DNA of 64,000 bases from Candidatus Doudnabacteria bacterium RIFCSPHIGHO2_12_FULL_48_16 (GTDB taxonomy: Bacteria; Patescibacteriota; Doudnabacteria; UBA920; O2-02-FULL-48-8), in the NCBI GenBank assembly GCA_001780035.1, contig MFEY01000007.1:262343-326342 (forward strand), written 5' to 3'. The notes beneath the pieces were generated by a model, which worked only from the letters and a program-made list of their open reading frames with translations, did no database searches and was not told where the DNA came from. Position 1 is the stretch's first letter. The number at the start of each line of letters is the position of its first letter. The translations under genes were made by a program, and so were the position numbers. Below, piece by piece: positions 9,982-18,266 of this stretch.

Positions 9982-10176
9982 TGATCGTTACGCTAAAATC
10001 ATGGTCAATGGCTTAGCAGGAAAACTATTGACGATATACATCTGATATTATCGGATTTATCTCGTCGGCAGCTTTCCAAAGCCAGCCGGCGTTTTTACAA
10101 CCCAAGTTCCCGTCCACATCTCAAGCGTAGTCTCGTCCACCGCGTCCGGCCGCATTGTAGCCGCAAGGAGTATCGC

Positions 10177-11013
10177 ATGAAGCGCACCGCACTCGTCGTC
10201 GTCTTCCTCCTCGGCCTCAACAGCGGCCTCGCGTTCGCGCAGGCCCCGGCGCGCCCGACGCCGCAGACCACACCGACCGCTCCGGCGACGCCCGCGACCC
10301 CCGCGGCGCCGACCTCGTTCACGGTCACGTCGATCGTCCCGGTCAGCGTCGTCTCGGCGGCCAACGACTACCCGAAGCTCGTGAAGCTCGTCGGCGCCAA
10401 CCTCGACAAAGTGGACGTCAGCCTGCTGAAGCTCAGCGACGGCACGACCGACCTCACCATCGCGCTCGCGGACCAGCCCACGGCCAAGACCGCGTCGCTC
10501 ACCGTCACGATCCCCGCCAATTCCAAGGGCGAGTTCGTCCTCAGCGTCGACGGCACCGAGACGAAGAGCAAGCTCGTCGTCAAGGACGCTGACCAGGTCG
10601 CGGCCGAAAAGGCGGAAGCCGAGCGCCGGCGCGCGATTGCGCAGGCGGCAGCCGCGGCGGCCAAGGTCAAGACGCTCGAGACGCAGGTCTCGGCAATCAA
10701 GACTCAGATCACCGCGCTGGCGCAGACCGTGGGCACCGACAACGGGCAGGGCGGCAAGATCGCCAGCCTCGAGTCGGCGAACATGACGCTCACGGCGCGC
10801 GTCGCAGCCCTGGAAGCCAAGGTCAACGCGCCGACGACAGGCCTCGAGGCCCTCGGCGGTCGGGTGATCGGCCTCGAGCAGGCTGACCGGAACCAGAACC
10901 AGGCCATCGGCGCCGTGGCTGCGGTCGTCGTCAACGGCGGCAAGAAGAGCGAGAAGGAAGCCGTCCGCGAGCTGCTCGCGCGCCTCAACGTCGCGATCAT
11001 CGAGAAGAAGTAG
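10177..11013 (+). CDS. secreted Pro/Thr/Ala-rich protein with a C-terminal coiled-coil; hypothetical
   Basis: 278 aa with a signal peptide. A low-complexity PTPQTTPTAPATPATPAAP linker and heptad-like A/L/E/K repeats. Extremely GC-rich third codon positions. AGGAG RBS. Confidence 0.6.
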   Translation: MKRTALVVVFLLGLNSGLAFAQAPARPTPQTTPTAPATPATPAAPTSFTVTSIVPVSVVSAANDYPKLVKLVGANLDKVDVSLLKLSDGTTDLTIALADQPTAKTASLTVTIPANSKGEFVLSVDGTETKSKLVVKDADQVAAEKAEAERRRAIAQAAAAAAKVKTLETQVSAIKTQITALAQTVGTDNGQGGKIASLESANMTLTARVAALEAKVNAPTTGLEALGGRVIGLEQADRNQNQAIGAVAAVVVNGGKKSEKEAVRELLARLNVAIIEKK

Positions 11014-11080
11014 ACATCATCAAGGAGGGGTTCCTCTACCCTGCAAGTGCCGGCCAATGTGGCCGACCAGAGGGAAAATC

Positions 11081-11111
11081 GGACAGTAGCAACGATGCTC
11101 TGTCCTTTTTT
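11081..11111 (+). terminator. rho-independent terminator of the 10177..11013 gene
   Basis: GGACAGTAGC...GCTCTGTCC stem, then TTTTTT. Confidence 0.55.
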
Positions 11112-11168
11112 CGTGTCCAGTTTAGGATTTAGAAATTAGATATTCGAAATTCCGCGACCTTTAAAGCA

Positions 11169-11197
11169 TTGACAAAAGCCGCGGCCGGGTGTATAAT
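11169..11197 (+). promoter_or_regulatory. perfect sigma-70 consensus promoter TTGACA-17-TATAAT upstream of rnj, followed by a ~175-nt leader
   Basis: TTGACA at 11169-74, a 17-nt spacer, and TATAAT at 11192-97. The leader contains repeated TTGAAA motifs. Confidence 0.55.
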
Positions 11198-11379
11198 ATA
11201 TTTACCTTGAAATCTTGAAAAATTGAAATCAAAAGTAGTTGATACGAAACAGTCCGTAATTTTTTGCGTCCTGCTTTGTGTTAACTAGGCACCCTTGGCC
11301 TTGGGTTTAGCCCTGCCAAATGCCTAAATTCAATTATTATTCAGTCGTAAAGTGACACAATTACGATCAAAGGTTTTAC

Positions 11380-13176
11380 ATGATTTTTAAGAAACCAGGT
11401 CCGCCGCGCCCCATGGGCCGACAGACCACAGGGGTCGCGCCGCGCCTGCCAGCCGGACAGTTAGGTCCGGAAACGCAGGCACTAACGCACCGCCCCGACC
11501 CCAAAGCCATCCTCAAGGTCATTCCCTTGGGCGGCATTGAGGAAGTCGGCGAAAACATGACGGTCCTCGAATACGGGGACGACATCGTCGTGATCGACAT
11601 GGGTTTGGGTTTTCCGGACGAAACCATGCCGGGGATCGATTACATCATCCCCAACACCAAATATCTGGAAGAAAACAAAAAACGCATCCGCGGCGTGATC
11701 ATCACGCACGGGCATTTGGACCACATCGGGGCCATCCCCTACATCATGCCCAAAATCGGCGACCCGCCGATTTTCACCATGAAACTGACGGCGGAATTCG
11801 TCAAAAAGCGGCTGGATGAATTTCATCTGCTCGGCCGCTCCCAGATCAACATCATCAACAAAGATGATGTTTTGACCCTGGGCAATTTCCGCATCCGGTT
11901 CTTCCGGATCAACCACAACATTCCGGACGGCGTCGGTCTGGCCATCAATTCCCCCGCCGGGCTTTTGATCTATGCCACGGACTGGAAATTCGATCACACT
12001 CCGGTTGATAACCGCCCGACCGAATTCGACAAAATCGCCAAATACGGCGGCGAGGGCGTGGCGCTCTTAATGAGCGACTCAACCAATGCCGAGCGCCCCG
12101 GCTATTCCATGTCGGAAAAAACGCTGAGCAACACCATTGACCGGATCATGGCCGATGCCAAAGGCCGCGTGATTTTTGCGACCTTCTCCTCCCTGGTCAA
12201 CCGCGTGCAGCAAGTGATGGATGCCGCCTACAAAACCAACCGCAAAGTGGTTGTAACCGGCAGAAGCCTCGTCAACAGCGTGGAAATCTGTCTGGCCACC
12301 GGCTATCTGACGCTGCCGGCCAAAAACATGATCATCAAAATGGAGCAGGCGAAAAAATTGCCGGACAATCAGGTTATTATCTTGACCACCGGCTCGCAGG
12401 GCGAAGAATTTTCGGCCCTGGCCCGCATTTCCCGCAGCGAGCACAAAATGATCGAGGTCAAAAAAGGCGACACGGTCGTGGTTTCCGCCTCCCCGATTCC
12501 GGGCAATGAACGTTCGATCTCCTCGACTCTGTCGAGTTTGGCACGATTGGGCGCGAAAGTCCTCTATCAAAAGAATTTGGACATCCACACCTCAGGCCAC
12601 GCTTACCAGGAAGACTTAAAGTTAATGATTGGCCTGACCAAGCCGAAATACTTCATGCCGATCCACGGCGAACACCACATGTTGGTGGCGCACGGCCAGC
12701 TGGCGGCCGACGTCGGCGTGCCCGAAGAGAACATTCACATCCTCGACAATGGCCAGATGTTGGAACTCTCCTCAACCGGGGCCAAGGCGATTGAAGCCAA
12801 AATCCCGACCGGCTACGTCTTCGTCGATGGCCTCGGCGTGGGCGATGTCGGCGAAGTCGTCTTGCGCGATCGTCAGGTCATGGCCAAAGACGGCATGTTT
12901 GTCATCATCATGACCATTGACCGCAAGAGTGGCAAACTGACCCAGCAGCCGGACATTCTCTCCCGCGGCTTCATCTATATGAAGGGTTCGGAAGATCTGC
13001 TCAAGGAAGTCAAACACGAAGTCCGCAAAGTCGTGGAAAGCAAAAACGGCAAAACGAACTTCAAAGAACCCAACTGGGCTTACCTGCGATCCGAAGTGCG
13101 CGATCAAATCGGCGAATTCCTGTTTCAAAGGACCGAACGAAGACCGATGATATTACCAGTCGTGATTGAAGTGTAA
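11380..13176 (+). CDS. rnj: ribonuclease J (metallo-beta-lactamase/beta-CASP RNase)
   Basis: 598 aa. IIPLGGIEEVGENMTVLEY..., HGHLDHIGAIPY, and beta-CASP and C-terminal domains. The N-terminal ~45-aa Pro/Arg-rich extension may not be translated, so the start is uncertain. Confidence 0.9.
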   Translation: MIFKKPGPPRPMGRQTTGVAPRLPAGQLGPETQALTHRPDPKAILKVIPLGGIEEVGENMTVLEYGDDIVVIDMGLGFPDETMPGIDYIIPNTKYLEENKKRIRGVIITHGHLDHIGAIPYIMPKIGDPPIFTMKLTAEFVKKRLDEFHLLGRSQINIINKDDVLTLGNFRIRFFRINHNIPDGVGLAINSPAGLLIYATDWKFDHTPVDNRPTEFDKIAKYGGEGVALLMSDSTNAERPGYSMSEKTLSNTIDRIMADAKGRVIFATFSSLVNRVQQVMDAAYKTNRKVVVTGRSLVNSVEICLATGYLTLPAKNMIIKMEQAKKLPDNQVIILTTGSQGEEFSALARISRSEHKMIEVKKGDTVVVSASPIPGNERSISSTLSSLARLGAKVLYQKNLDIHTSGHAYQEDLKLMIGLTKPKYFMPIHGEHHMLVAHGQLAADVGVPEENIHILDNGQMLELSSTGAKAIEAKIPTGYVFVDGLGVGDVGEVVLRDRQVMAKDGMFVIIMTIDRKSGKLTQQPDILSRGFIYMKGSEDLLKEVKHEVRKVVESKNGKTNFKEPNWAYLRSEVRDQIGEFLFQRTERRPMILPVVIEV

Positions 13177-13203
13177 CTCCCCCGCTGACCCTCGACTGAC
13201 GCA

Positions 13204-13226
13204 CCCCCTCTTACATTAAGAGGGGG
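13204..13226 (+). terminator. perfect 10-bp hairpin after rnj (CCCCCTCTTA-cat-TAAGAGGGGG), weak U-tract
   Basis: Seen in sequence. Followed by TTTAAAAT. Confidence 0.4.
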
Positions 13227-13264
13227 TTTAAAATAGCGTTGCCAGCAGCCTCATGGAAATTTGC

Positions 13265-13366
13265 CACTGCCCGAGCGACAAAGACCCGGTTAGATATGTC
13301 ATTGTCGCGAGTCTGGCAAATTTCCGACTTTGGTGCCACCTTTCCTAGAAAGGTGGCAGAATAAAA
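13265..13366. repeat. nested long inverted repeats (12-nt GGAAATTTGCCA/TGGCAAATTTCC, inner 10-nt arms) plus a 9-bp perfect hairpin overlapping the putative trpS promoter -35
   Basis: Arms at 13265-76 and 13324-35, inner arms at 13282-91 and 13312-21, and CCACCTTTC-cta-GAAAGGTGG at 13346-66. Confidence 0.4.
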
Positions 13367-13391
13367 TATTTACGCTATAATATATCCATGA

Positions 13392-13496
13392 ATCCCATTA
13401 GAAATTTTGCATAGTTTGATTTATCGCAAGATTATACTTAACGGGCTGATTACAAAACATACTAATTTATTAACCAATCATTATTTCTAACGGGAT
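13392..13496 (+). mobile_element. MITE-like element copy 1 (105 bp, terminal inverted repeats ATCCCATTAGAAAT / ATTTCTAACGGGAT); its right end supplies the trpS ATG
   Basis: About 85% identical over its length to the copy at 34130-34233. 13-nt TIR core TCCCGTTAGAAAT (one mismatch in this copy). AT-rich. No RBS before the ATG. Confidence 0.55.
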
Positions 13497-14475
13497 GAAA
13501 AACAGTATTCTCTCAGGAATTCAACCGACCGGCGAACTCCATATCGGCAACTACCTCGGATCGCTCAAAAACTTTGTGGAACTCCAAGATGAGTTCGACT
13601 GTTATTTTTGCATCGTTGACCTGCACTCCTTAACCGAAGAATTTGAACCGGGCGCGGCCAAGCGCAAACAAATTCTGGACATCGCGGCCACTTTCCTGGC
13701 AGCGGGCTTAGACCCAGCCAAATCTACGTTATTTATCCAATCCCATGTATCGGCACACGCCGAACTGGCTTGGATTTTCAATACGATCACCCCCATGGGT
13801 GAGCTGGAACGCATGACACAATATAAAGACAAGTCTAGCCGACAACAAGCGAATATTAACGCTGGCTTGTTTGATTACCCGGTCTTAATGGCCGCAGATA
13901 TTTTACTATACAAACCGACGCATGTGCCGGTGGGGCATGATCAAATCCAGCATTTGGAACTGACCAACACCATCGTACGGAAATTTAATCATAAATTCGG
14001 CCAGACATTCAACGAAGTTAAAATCTATGCCCAAAAACCGCTGCGGATCATGAGCTTGTCCGAGCCGGAGCGCAAAATGAGCAAGTCTGAACCTGGTTCC
14101 TTCATCAACATGTTTGATGAACCCGAAGAAATCCACAAAAAACTGGCCAAGGCGGTCACGGCGACTGATGCGCCAGCAGGCCAGATGCCAAAAGGTGTCG
14201 CGAATCTCTTTGAACTCCTCACCCACTTCGGCTCCCCGGCTGACCACGAGCGGCTGATGAAGGAATACCAGGGCGGCACGATCAAATATTCCGAACTCAA
14301 GCAAGTTTTGGGTGATGCGATTGCGAATTACTTCGCGCCAATGCGGGTCAAGCGCGCGGAATTGGAAAAAAATCCGGATCAGATTATTAAAATCTTCACC
14401 GCGGGCGCCAAGAAAGCTCAGATTGTGGCTCAAGCCACCCTGGCAGAAGTCAAACAAAAAATTGGTCTGATTTAG
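13495..14475 (+). CDS. trpS: tryptophan--tRNA ligase
   Basis: 326 aa. LSGIQPTGELHIGNYLG (HIGH) and KMSKS (KMSKSEP). Confidence 0.9.
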   Translation: MKNSILSGIQPTGELHIGNYLGSLKNFVELQDEFDCYFCIVDLHSLTEEFEPGAAKRKQILDIAATFLAAGLDPAKSTLFIQSHVSAHAELAWIFNTITPMGELERMTQYKDKSSRQQANINAGLFDYPVLMAADILLYKPTHVPVGHDQIQHLELTNTIVRKFNHKFGQTFNEVKIYAQKPLRIMSLSEPERKMSKSEPGSFINMFDEPEEIHKKLAKAVTATDAPAGQMPKGVANLFELLTHFGSPADHERLMKEYQGGTIKYSELKQVLGDAIANYFAPMRVKRAELEKNPDQIIKIFTAGAKKAQIVAQATLAEVKQKIGLI

Positions 14476-14550
14476 AAAGTCACAACTGTGGCTTTTTAAG
14501 TTGTTCCCGTTTGCATTCATCGTTCGTTTACCCCACAGGAGGTTCTAATC

Positions 14551-15051
14551 ATGCTGCCCAACGGCGTCAGGGAGGAAGAACTCGGCCCAATCGGCAAGAT
14601 GTGGGTCCGTGCGATCCTGGCCCAGCAAGAAGCTGATGATGAGATTCGTCGGAGGAACCACATGCTGATATACGCCTACATTCAATTTCCGAACGGCGAG
14701 CGAACCACGGCGGGCACGAATGCACTCGTCGCCGCCTACGAAGCCAGATTGAAGGGCTCCGAGCCCTCTAACCTGGTTGACCAGGATTGGTACGGCAAGA
14801 TCGCCCACTGCTGGCCCAGCGCTAAATTCGGCAACTCGCTCAATGTGGCATTCATCGACCACCGGGGCGAACATCTCGACGAGGTGCTCAAAGGCCTGCG
14901 CAGTGCCATCCCCGAACATGTCGCGGTGCACCAGTTCACGCCCGCGGCGGAAGAAGTGATCCCGCCGGCCGGCAGCGAAATTCCACACGCAGCGGTGGCG
15001 GCTAAGCGGGTAGTGCTATCTTTCACCCGCACGCAGTCGTCCGCCGCCTGA
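14551..15051 (+). CDS. hypothetical protein (166 aa), GC-rich
   Basis: Strong AGGAGG RBS. No recognisable motifs. GC is higher than the neighbouring genes. Confidence 0.5.
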   Translation: MLPNGVREEELGPIGKMWVRAILAQQEADDEIRRRNHMLIYAYIQFPNGERTTAGTNALVAAYEARLKGSEPSNLVDQDWYGKIAHCWPSAKFGNSLNVAFIDHRGEHLDEVLKGLRSAIPEHVAVHQFTPAAEEVIPPAGSEIPHAAVAAKRVVLSFTRTQSSAA

Positions 15052-15085
15052 CGGCAGCCATCCACTTGGGTTCCGGGCCCAATTC

Positions 15086-15134
15086 AAAAAGCGCGAAGTC
15101 TTGTTCCCCACAGACTTCGCGCTCGTTCTTTTTA
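15086..15134. terminator. strong bidirectional terminator (11-bp perfect stem GCGCGAAGTCT/AGACTTCGCGC, A-run/T-run flanks)
   Basis: Between the convergent 14551..15051 (+) gene and the phosphohexomutase (-) gene. Confidence 0.65.
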
Positions 15135-15148
15135 TAACCAACTGTTAT

Positions 15149-16537
15149 TTAGGCTGATTCCCAAGTTTCCGCGACTTCGGGATATTTTTTTAACTTTTCT
15201 TTGAAGATTTTCTGGATTTTGTCCAAATCTTCTTGTGTTTTTGCTTCAAAACGCAAAACCAATGCCGGCAGATTGGAGGAGGCTCGCACCAAACCCCAAC
15301 CGCTGAGCAGATAAACCCGGGCGCCGTTGATATCTATTACCCTGTATCCTTCAGATTTAAACTCTTCCGTTAATTTTTTTACTATATCGTATTTAACATC
15401 ATCGGGGACATGCGCATGCAAGGCCGGAGTAGAAATATAATACGGAGTTGCTTCGACTATCTTTGAAAGCGGTTCACTCAAGCTCGATAGGTATTCCAAA
15501 AGCTTCAATCCCGCAAAATTTGCGTCATCAAAGCCGTAATACTCATCAACGAAAAATGTATGACCTGACTGTTCTCCGCCAAAACTACCCCCCTCAGACT
15601 TAAGCCTTTCTTTCACATACATATATCCCGTGGGGCTCATAATCGGCACGCCGCCGTGAGCCGTGATGTCTTCAGGCAAGGCTTCGGAAACTTTTACATC
15701 AAACACTATTTTGGCGCCGGGTTTTTTGGAAAGCACTAGACGAGACAGTAAAATCAACCATCGATCCGGCCAAATAATTTGCCCTTTTTCATCTGTAACT
15801 CCCAAACGGTCGCCGTCGGCATCAATTCCGATTCCAAGGTCGGCCTTATGATTGACCACTTGCCTGCCGGTATCCTCCATCATCTCAACGTTGGCCGGAT
15901 TGGGGACATAATTTGGATAGCTCGGATCAAGATTAGTGTTGTGTTCGATCACTTCACATCCGAATCGACGAAAAATTTCCGGCGAAAACATGCTGCTGGT
16001 TGCGTTAGCCGTATTTATAACAACTTTGAGCTTGCGATTAAGCTTGGCCCGGGACAAAATATCTTCCACATATAGCTTAGCGATATTTTCTTCGCGTAAA
16101 CTACCTTGGCCGGAAGCAAACTCTCCAGATTCCGCAATATGCAAGACTTCTTTGATTTGAGTATTATCTAAAGTTTTAGAATAATCATCACCCATCTTCA
16201 ACCCATTCCATCCGGCCGGATTATGACTGGCCGTGATCATCAAGCCACCTTTCACCTTAAAATGGTAGGGCGCCCAATATATCATTGGGGTTAAACAAAT
16301 ACCAATGCCTATTACATCCACTCCGGTGCTTCGAAGCGCTTTGGTTGTAGCCTGATAAAAATCTTCCGAGCTTTTACGATTATCATGCCCGACAACCGCT
16401 TGAGTGATATTCTTTTTTCTAAGCAGGGTGCCGAAGGCTTTGACAATCAAAGTTATTGAATCTACGTTCAGTTCCTCGTCTGATTCCCTGCCGCGAATAT
16501 CATATTCGCGAAACATGTATTTATTTATAGTGTTCAT
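15149..16537 (-). CDS. phosphoglucomutase/phosphomannomutase (alpha-D-phosphohexomutase family)
   Basis: 462 aa. N-terminal FREYDIRG, active-site TASHNPAGWNG, and a Mg-binding DADGDR loop. Confidence 0.85.
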   Translation of the reverse strand: MNTINKYMFREYDIRGRESDEELNVDSITLIVKAFGTLLRKKNITQAVVGHDNRKSSEDFYQATTKALRSTGVDVIGIGICLTPMIYWAPYHFKVKGGLMITASHNPAGWNGLKMGDDYSKTLDNTQIKEVLHIAESGEFASGQGSLREENIAKLYVEDILSRAKLNRKLKVVINTANATSSMFSPEIFRRFGCEVIEHNTNLDPSYPNYVPNPANVEMMEDTGRQVVNHKADLGIGIDADGDRLGVTDEKGQIIWPDRWLILLSRLVLSKKPGAKIVFDVKVSEALPEDITAHGGVPIMSPTGYMYVKERLKSEGGSFGGEQSGHTFFVDEYYGFDDANFAGLKLLEYLSSLSEPLSKIVEATPYYISTPALHAHVPDDVKYDIVKKLTEEFKSEGYRVIDINGARVYLLSGWGLVRASSNLPALVLRFEAKTQEDLDKIQKIFKEKLKKYPEVAETWESA

Positions 16538-16574
16538 AGCGACTTATAGTCTATCAAAAATCCCGCAAGTCTGC

Positions 16575-16580
16575 TAGAAT
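16575..16580 (+). promoter_or_regulatory. -10 element TAGAAT 9 nt upstream of the ychF ATG (probable leaderless mRNA)
   Basis: Same arrangement as at uvrC. No RBS. Confidence 0.3.
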
Positions 16581-16589
16581 TGAGCCATT

Positions 16590-17642
16590 ATGAGCTTTTC
16601 TGTCGGAATCGTTGGGCTGCCCAACGTCGGAAAATCCACTCTGTTCAATGCCCTCACGAAGCAAGCCGTCGCTGCTTCGAATTTTCCTTTTACCACGATC
16701 GAGCCCAACGTCGGCGTGATTGCCGTGCCTGATGAACGGATTGAAAAATTAGCCAAACTGGAAAAATCCGAAAAGCTCGTACCGACCTCCATCCGCTTCG
16801 TCGACATTGCCGGCCTGGTCAAGGGCGCGGCGGAAGGCGCGGGCCTCGGCAACAAATTTCTTTCCCACATCCGAGGAGTCGATGCCATCGTGCAAGTCGT
16901 GCGATTTTTTGAAAACAAAGACATTATTCACGTCGACGGGTCGGTCGATCCGACGCGCGATATCGAAGTTATCAATCTCGAATTAATGCTGGCGGATTTA
17001 AATACCGTCAACAAACGCCTCGATACCCTTAATCGCGACGTTAAATCCGGCAACAAAGAGGCCCTGGTGCTCAAAGCCGTACTGGATAAGGTTAAAACTG
17101 CGCTCGATGCCGGCCAGTTGGCGCGCGCGGTGGGACTAACTGACGAAGAAAAACGTCTAGTCAGCCAACTGCAGCTTCTGACCATGAAGCCGACCTTGTA
17201 TGTAGCCAACATACTCACCCCTCACCCCTCAAACCTCGGCGCTGAGTTCCTGCCGATCGACGTCAAAATCGAAGCCGAGCTTGCCGAACTGACGGCTGCG
17301 GAACAGAAAGAATACATGAAGGAATTGGGGATGGCCGAATCCGGGCTCGACCGTTTGGCGCGCGCCGCTTACAAGCTTTTAAATTTAATTACTTTTTTTA
17401 CGGCCGGGCCCATGGAAACCAAGGCCTGGACGATTGTTAACGGCACCAAGGCCCCGCAGGCCGCCGGAGTGATCCACACCGACTTTGAAAAAGGCTTTAT
17501 CAAAGCCGAGGTCATTGCCTGGGACAAGCTCCTGCAAGCCGGAGGCTATGCCGCGGCCCGCGACAAGGGCTGGTTAAGACTGGAAGGCAAAGAATACATC
17601 GTTCAAGATGGCGACGTGGCCCACTTCCGATTCAATAATTGA
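16590..17642 (+). CDS. ychF: redox-regulated ATPase YchF (Obg-family GTPase)
   Basis: 350 aa. [19 protein letters not shown]-loop and a TGS C-terminal domain. Confidence 0.9.
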   Translation: MSFSVGIVGLPNVGKSTLFNALTKQAVAASNFPFTTIEPNVGVIAVPDERIEKLAKLEKSEKLVPTSIRFVDIAGLVKGAAEGAGLGNKFLSHIRGVDAIVQVVRFFENKDIIHVDGSVDPTRDIEVINLELMLADLNTVNKRLDTLNRDVKSGNKEALVLKAVLDKVKTALDAGQLARAVGLTDEEKRLVSQLQLLTMKPTLYVANILTPHPSNLGAEFLPIDVKIEAELAELTAAEQKEYMKELGMAESGLDRLARAAYKLLNLITFFTAGPMETKAWTIVNGTKAPQAAGVIHTDFEKGFIKAEVIAWDKLLQAGGYAAARDKGWLRLEGKEYIVQDGDVAHFRFNN

Positions 17643-17653
17643 TTTCAGATTTT

Positions 17654-17711
17654 CCCTCTCCCCTTGCGGGAGAGGGTGCCCGATCGAATGATCGGGCGGG
17701 TGAGGGGTATG
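17654..17711. repeat. hairpin repeat A (CCCTCTCCC-cttgc-GGGAGAGGG) plus a second hairpin CCCGATC-gaat-GATCGGG and GGTGAGGGGTATG; 5' flank/leader of the DUF559 gene
   Basis: Family shared with 18063-18085 and 37699-37747. Compensatory base changes preserve the stems. Confidence 0.6.
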
Positions 17712-18101
17712 CTAGCAGAAAAAAACGCCAAAAAACTCAGAAAACTACAAACGCCCGAAGAAAAAATTCTCTGGGAGCGTATTAAAAACAGGAGACTGGG
17801 AAACTATAAATTTCGCAGGCAGGCCATTATTGATTTACTGATAGTAGATTTTTGTTGTTTTGAAAAACGCTTGGTAATCGAGCTCGATGGCTTTGGCCAT
17901 AGAAAAAACAAACCGATTGATATGAACCGTGATAGATATTTAAAATCTCAAGGATTTAGGATTATTCGACTTTGGAACTCAGAAATCGATCAAAATTTAG
18001 AAAAAACCATAAATAAAATACTGGTTGCTCTGGAATCACCCTCATCCGGCGCTGTCGCGCCACCTTCTCCCGTAAAGGGAGAAGGACAAAATGGGATCTA
18101 A
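17664..18101 (+). CDS. DUF559 (Vsr/very-short-patch-repair-like) endonuclease domain protein
   Basis: The conserved core is LRKLQTPEEKILWERIKNRRLGNYKFRRQAIIDLLIVDFCCFEKRLVIELDGFGH. The track start (17664) is a TTG. Likely true starts are the ATG at 17688 or 17709. Confidence 0.7.
   Translation: MRERVPDRMIGRVRGMLAEKNAKKLRKLQTPEEKILWERIKNRRLGNYKFRRQAIIDLLIVDFCCFEKRLVIELDGFGHRKNKPIDMNRDRYLKSQGFRIIRLWNSEIDQNLEKTINKILVALESPSSGAVAPPSPVKGEGQNGI
18063..18085. repeat. hairpin repeat C (CCTTCTCCC-gtaaa-GGGAGAAGG) at the 3' end of the DUF559 ORF
   Basis: Same 9-bp stem as the valS copy with a different loop. Encodes the C-terminal ...SPVKGEGQ. Confidence 0.55.
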
Positions 18102-18171
18102 ATACAGGCTTGACCAGACGCTCAATTTTTGCTAAGATATTTTGGCTTTAACAAATTAACTCATTATTCGT

Positions 18172-18266
18172 CCCCGCCTGGGCGGGGGTGATAAGTCCCG
18201 CCTTTGGCGGGATCCCGCCGTCATTTTCATTACAAATTTCGGTGGCGGGAAAAGGAAACCCTTCTT
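18172..18266 (+). promoter_or_regulatory. structured rpsF leader with four CCCGCC/GGCGGG elements capable of alternative pairings (candidate S6:S18 autoregulatory leader)
   Basis: CCCCGCC/GGCGGGG at 18172-88, CCCGCC-ttt-GGCGGG at 18197-211, CCCGCC at 18214-19, and GGCGGG at 18243-48 just upstream of the RBS. Confidence 0.4.

Noticed and set aside
10095-11057. Antisense ORFs (10095..10364, 10368..10700, 10704..11057) in the high-GC block
   Set aside because: They are the expected stop-free reverse frames of a very GC-rich gene. The plus-strand gene has a signal peptide, an RBS and a terminator.
13240-13390. T-box riboswitch upstream of trpS
   Set aside because: There is no UGGNACC bulge, no specifier-loop arrangement with UGG, and no terminator with a U-tract. 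The palindromes present do not match T-box topology.
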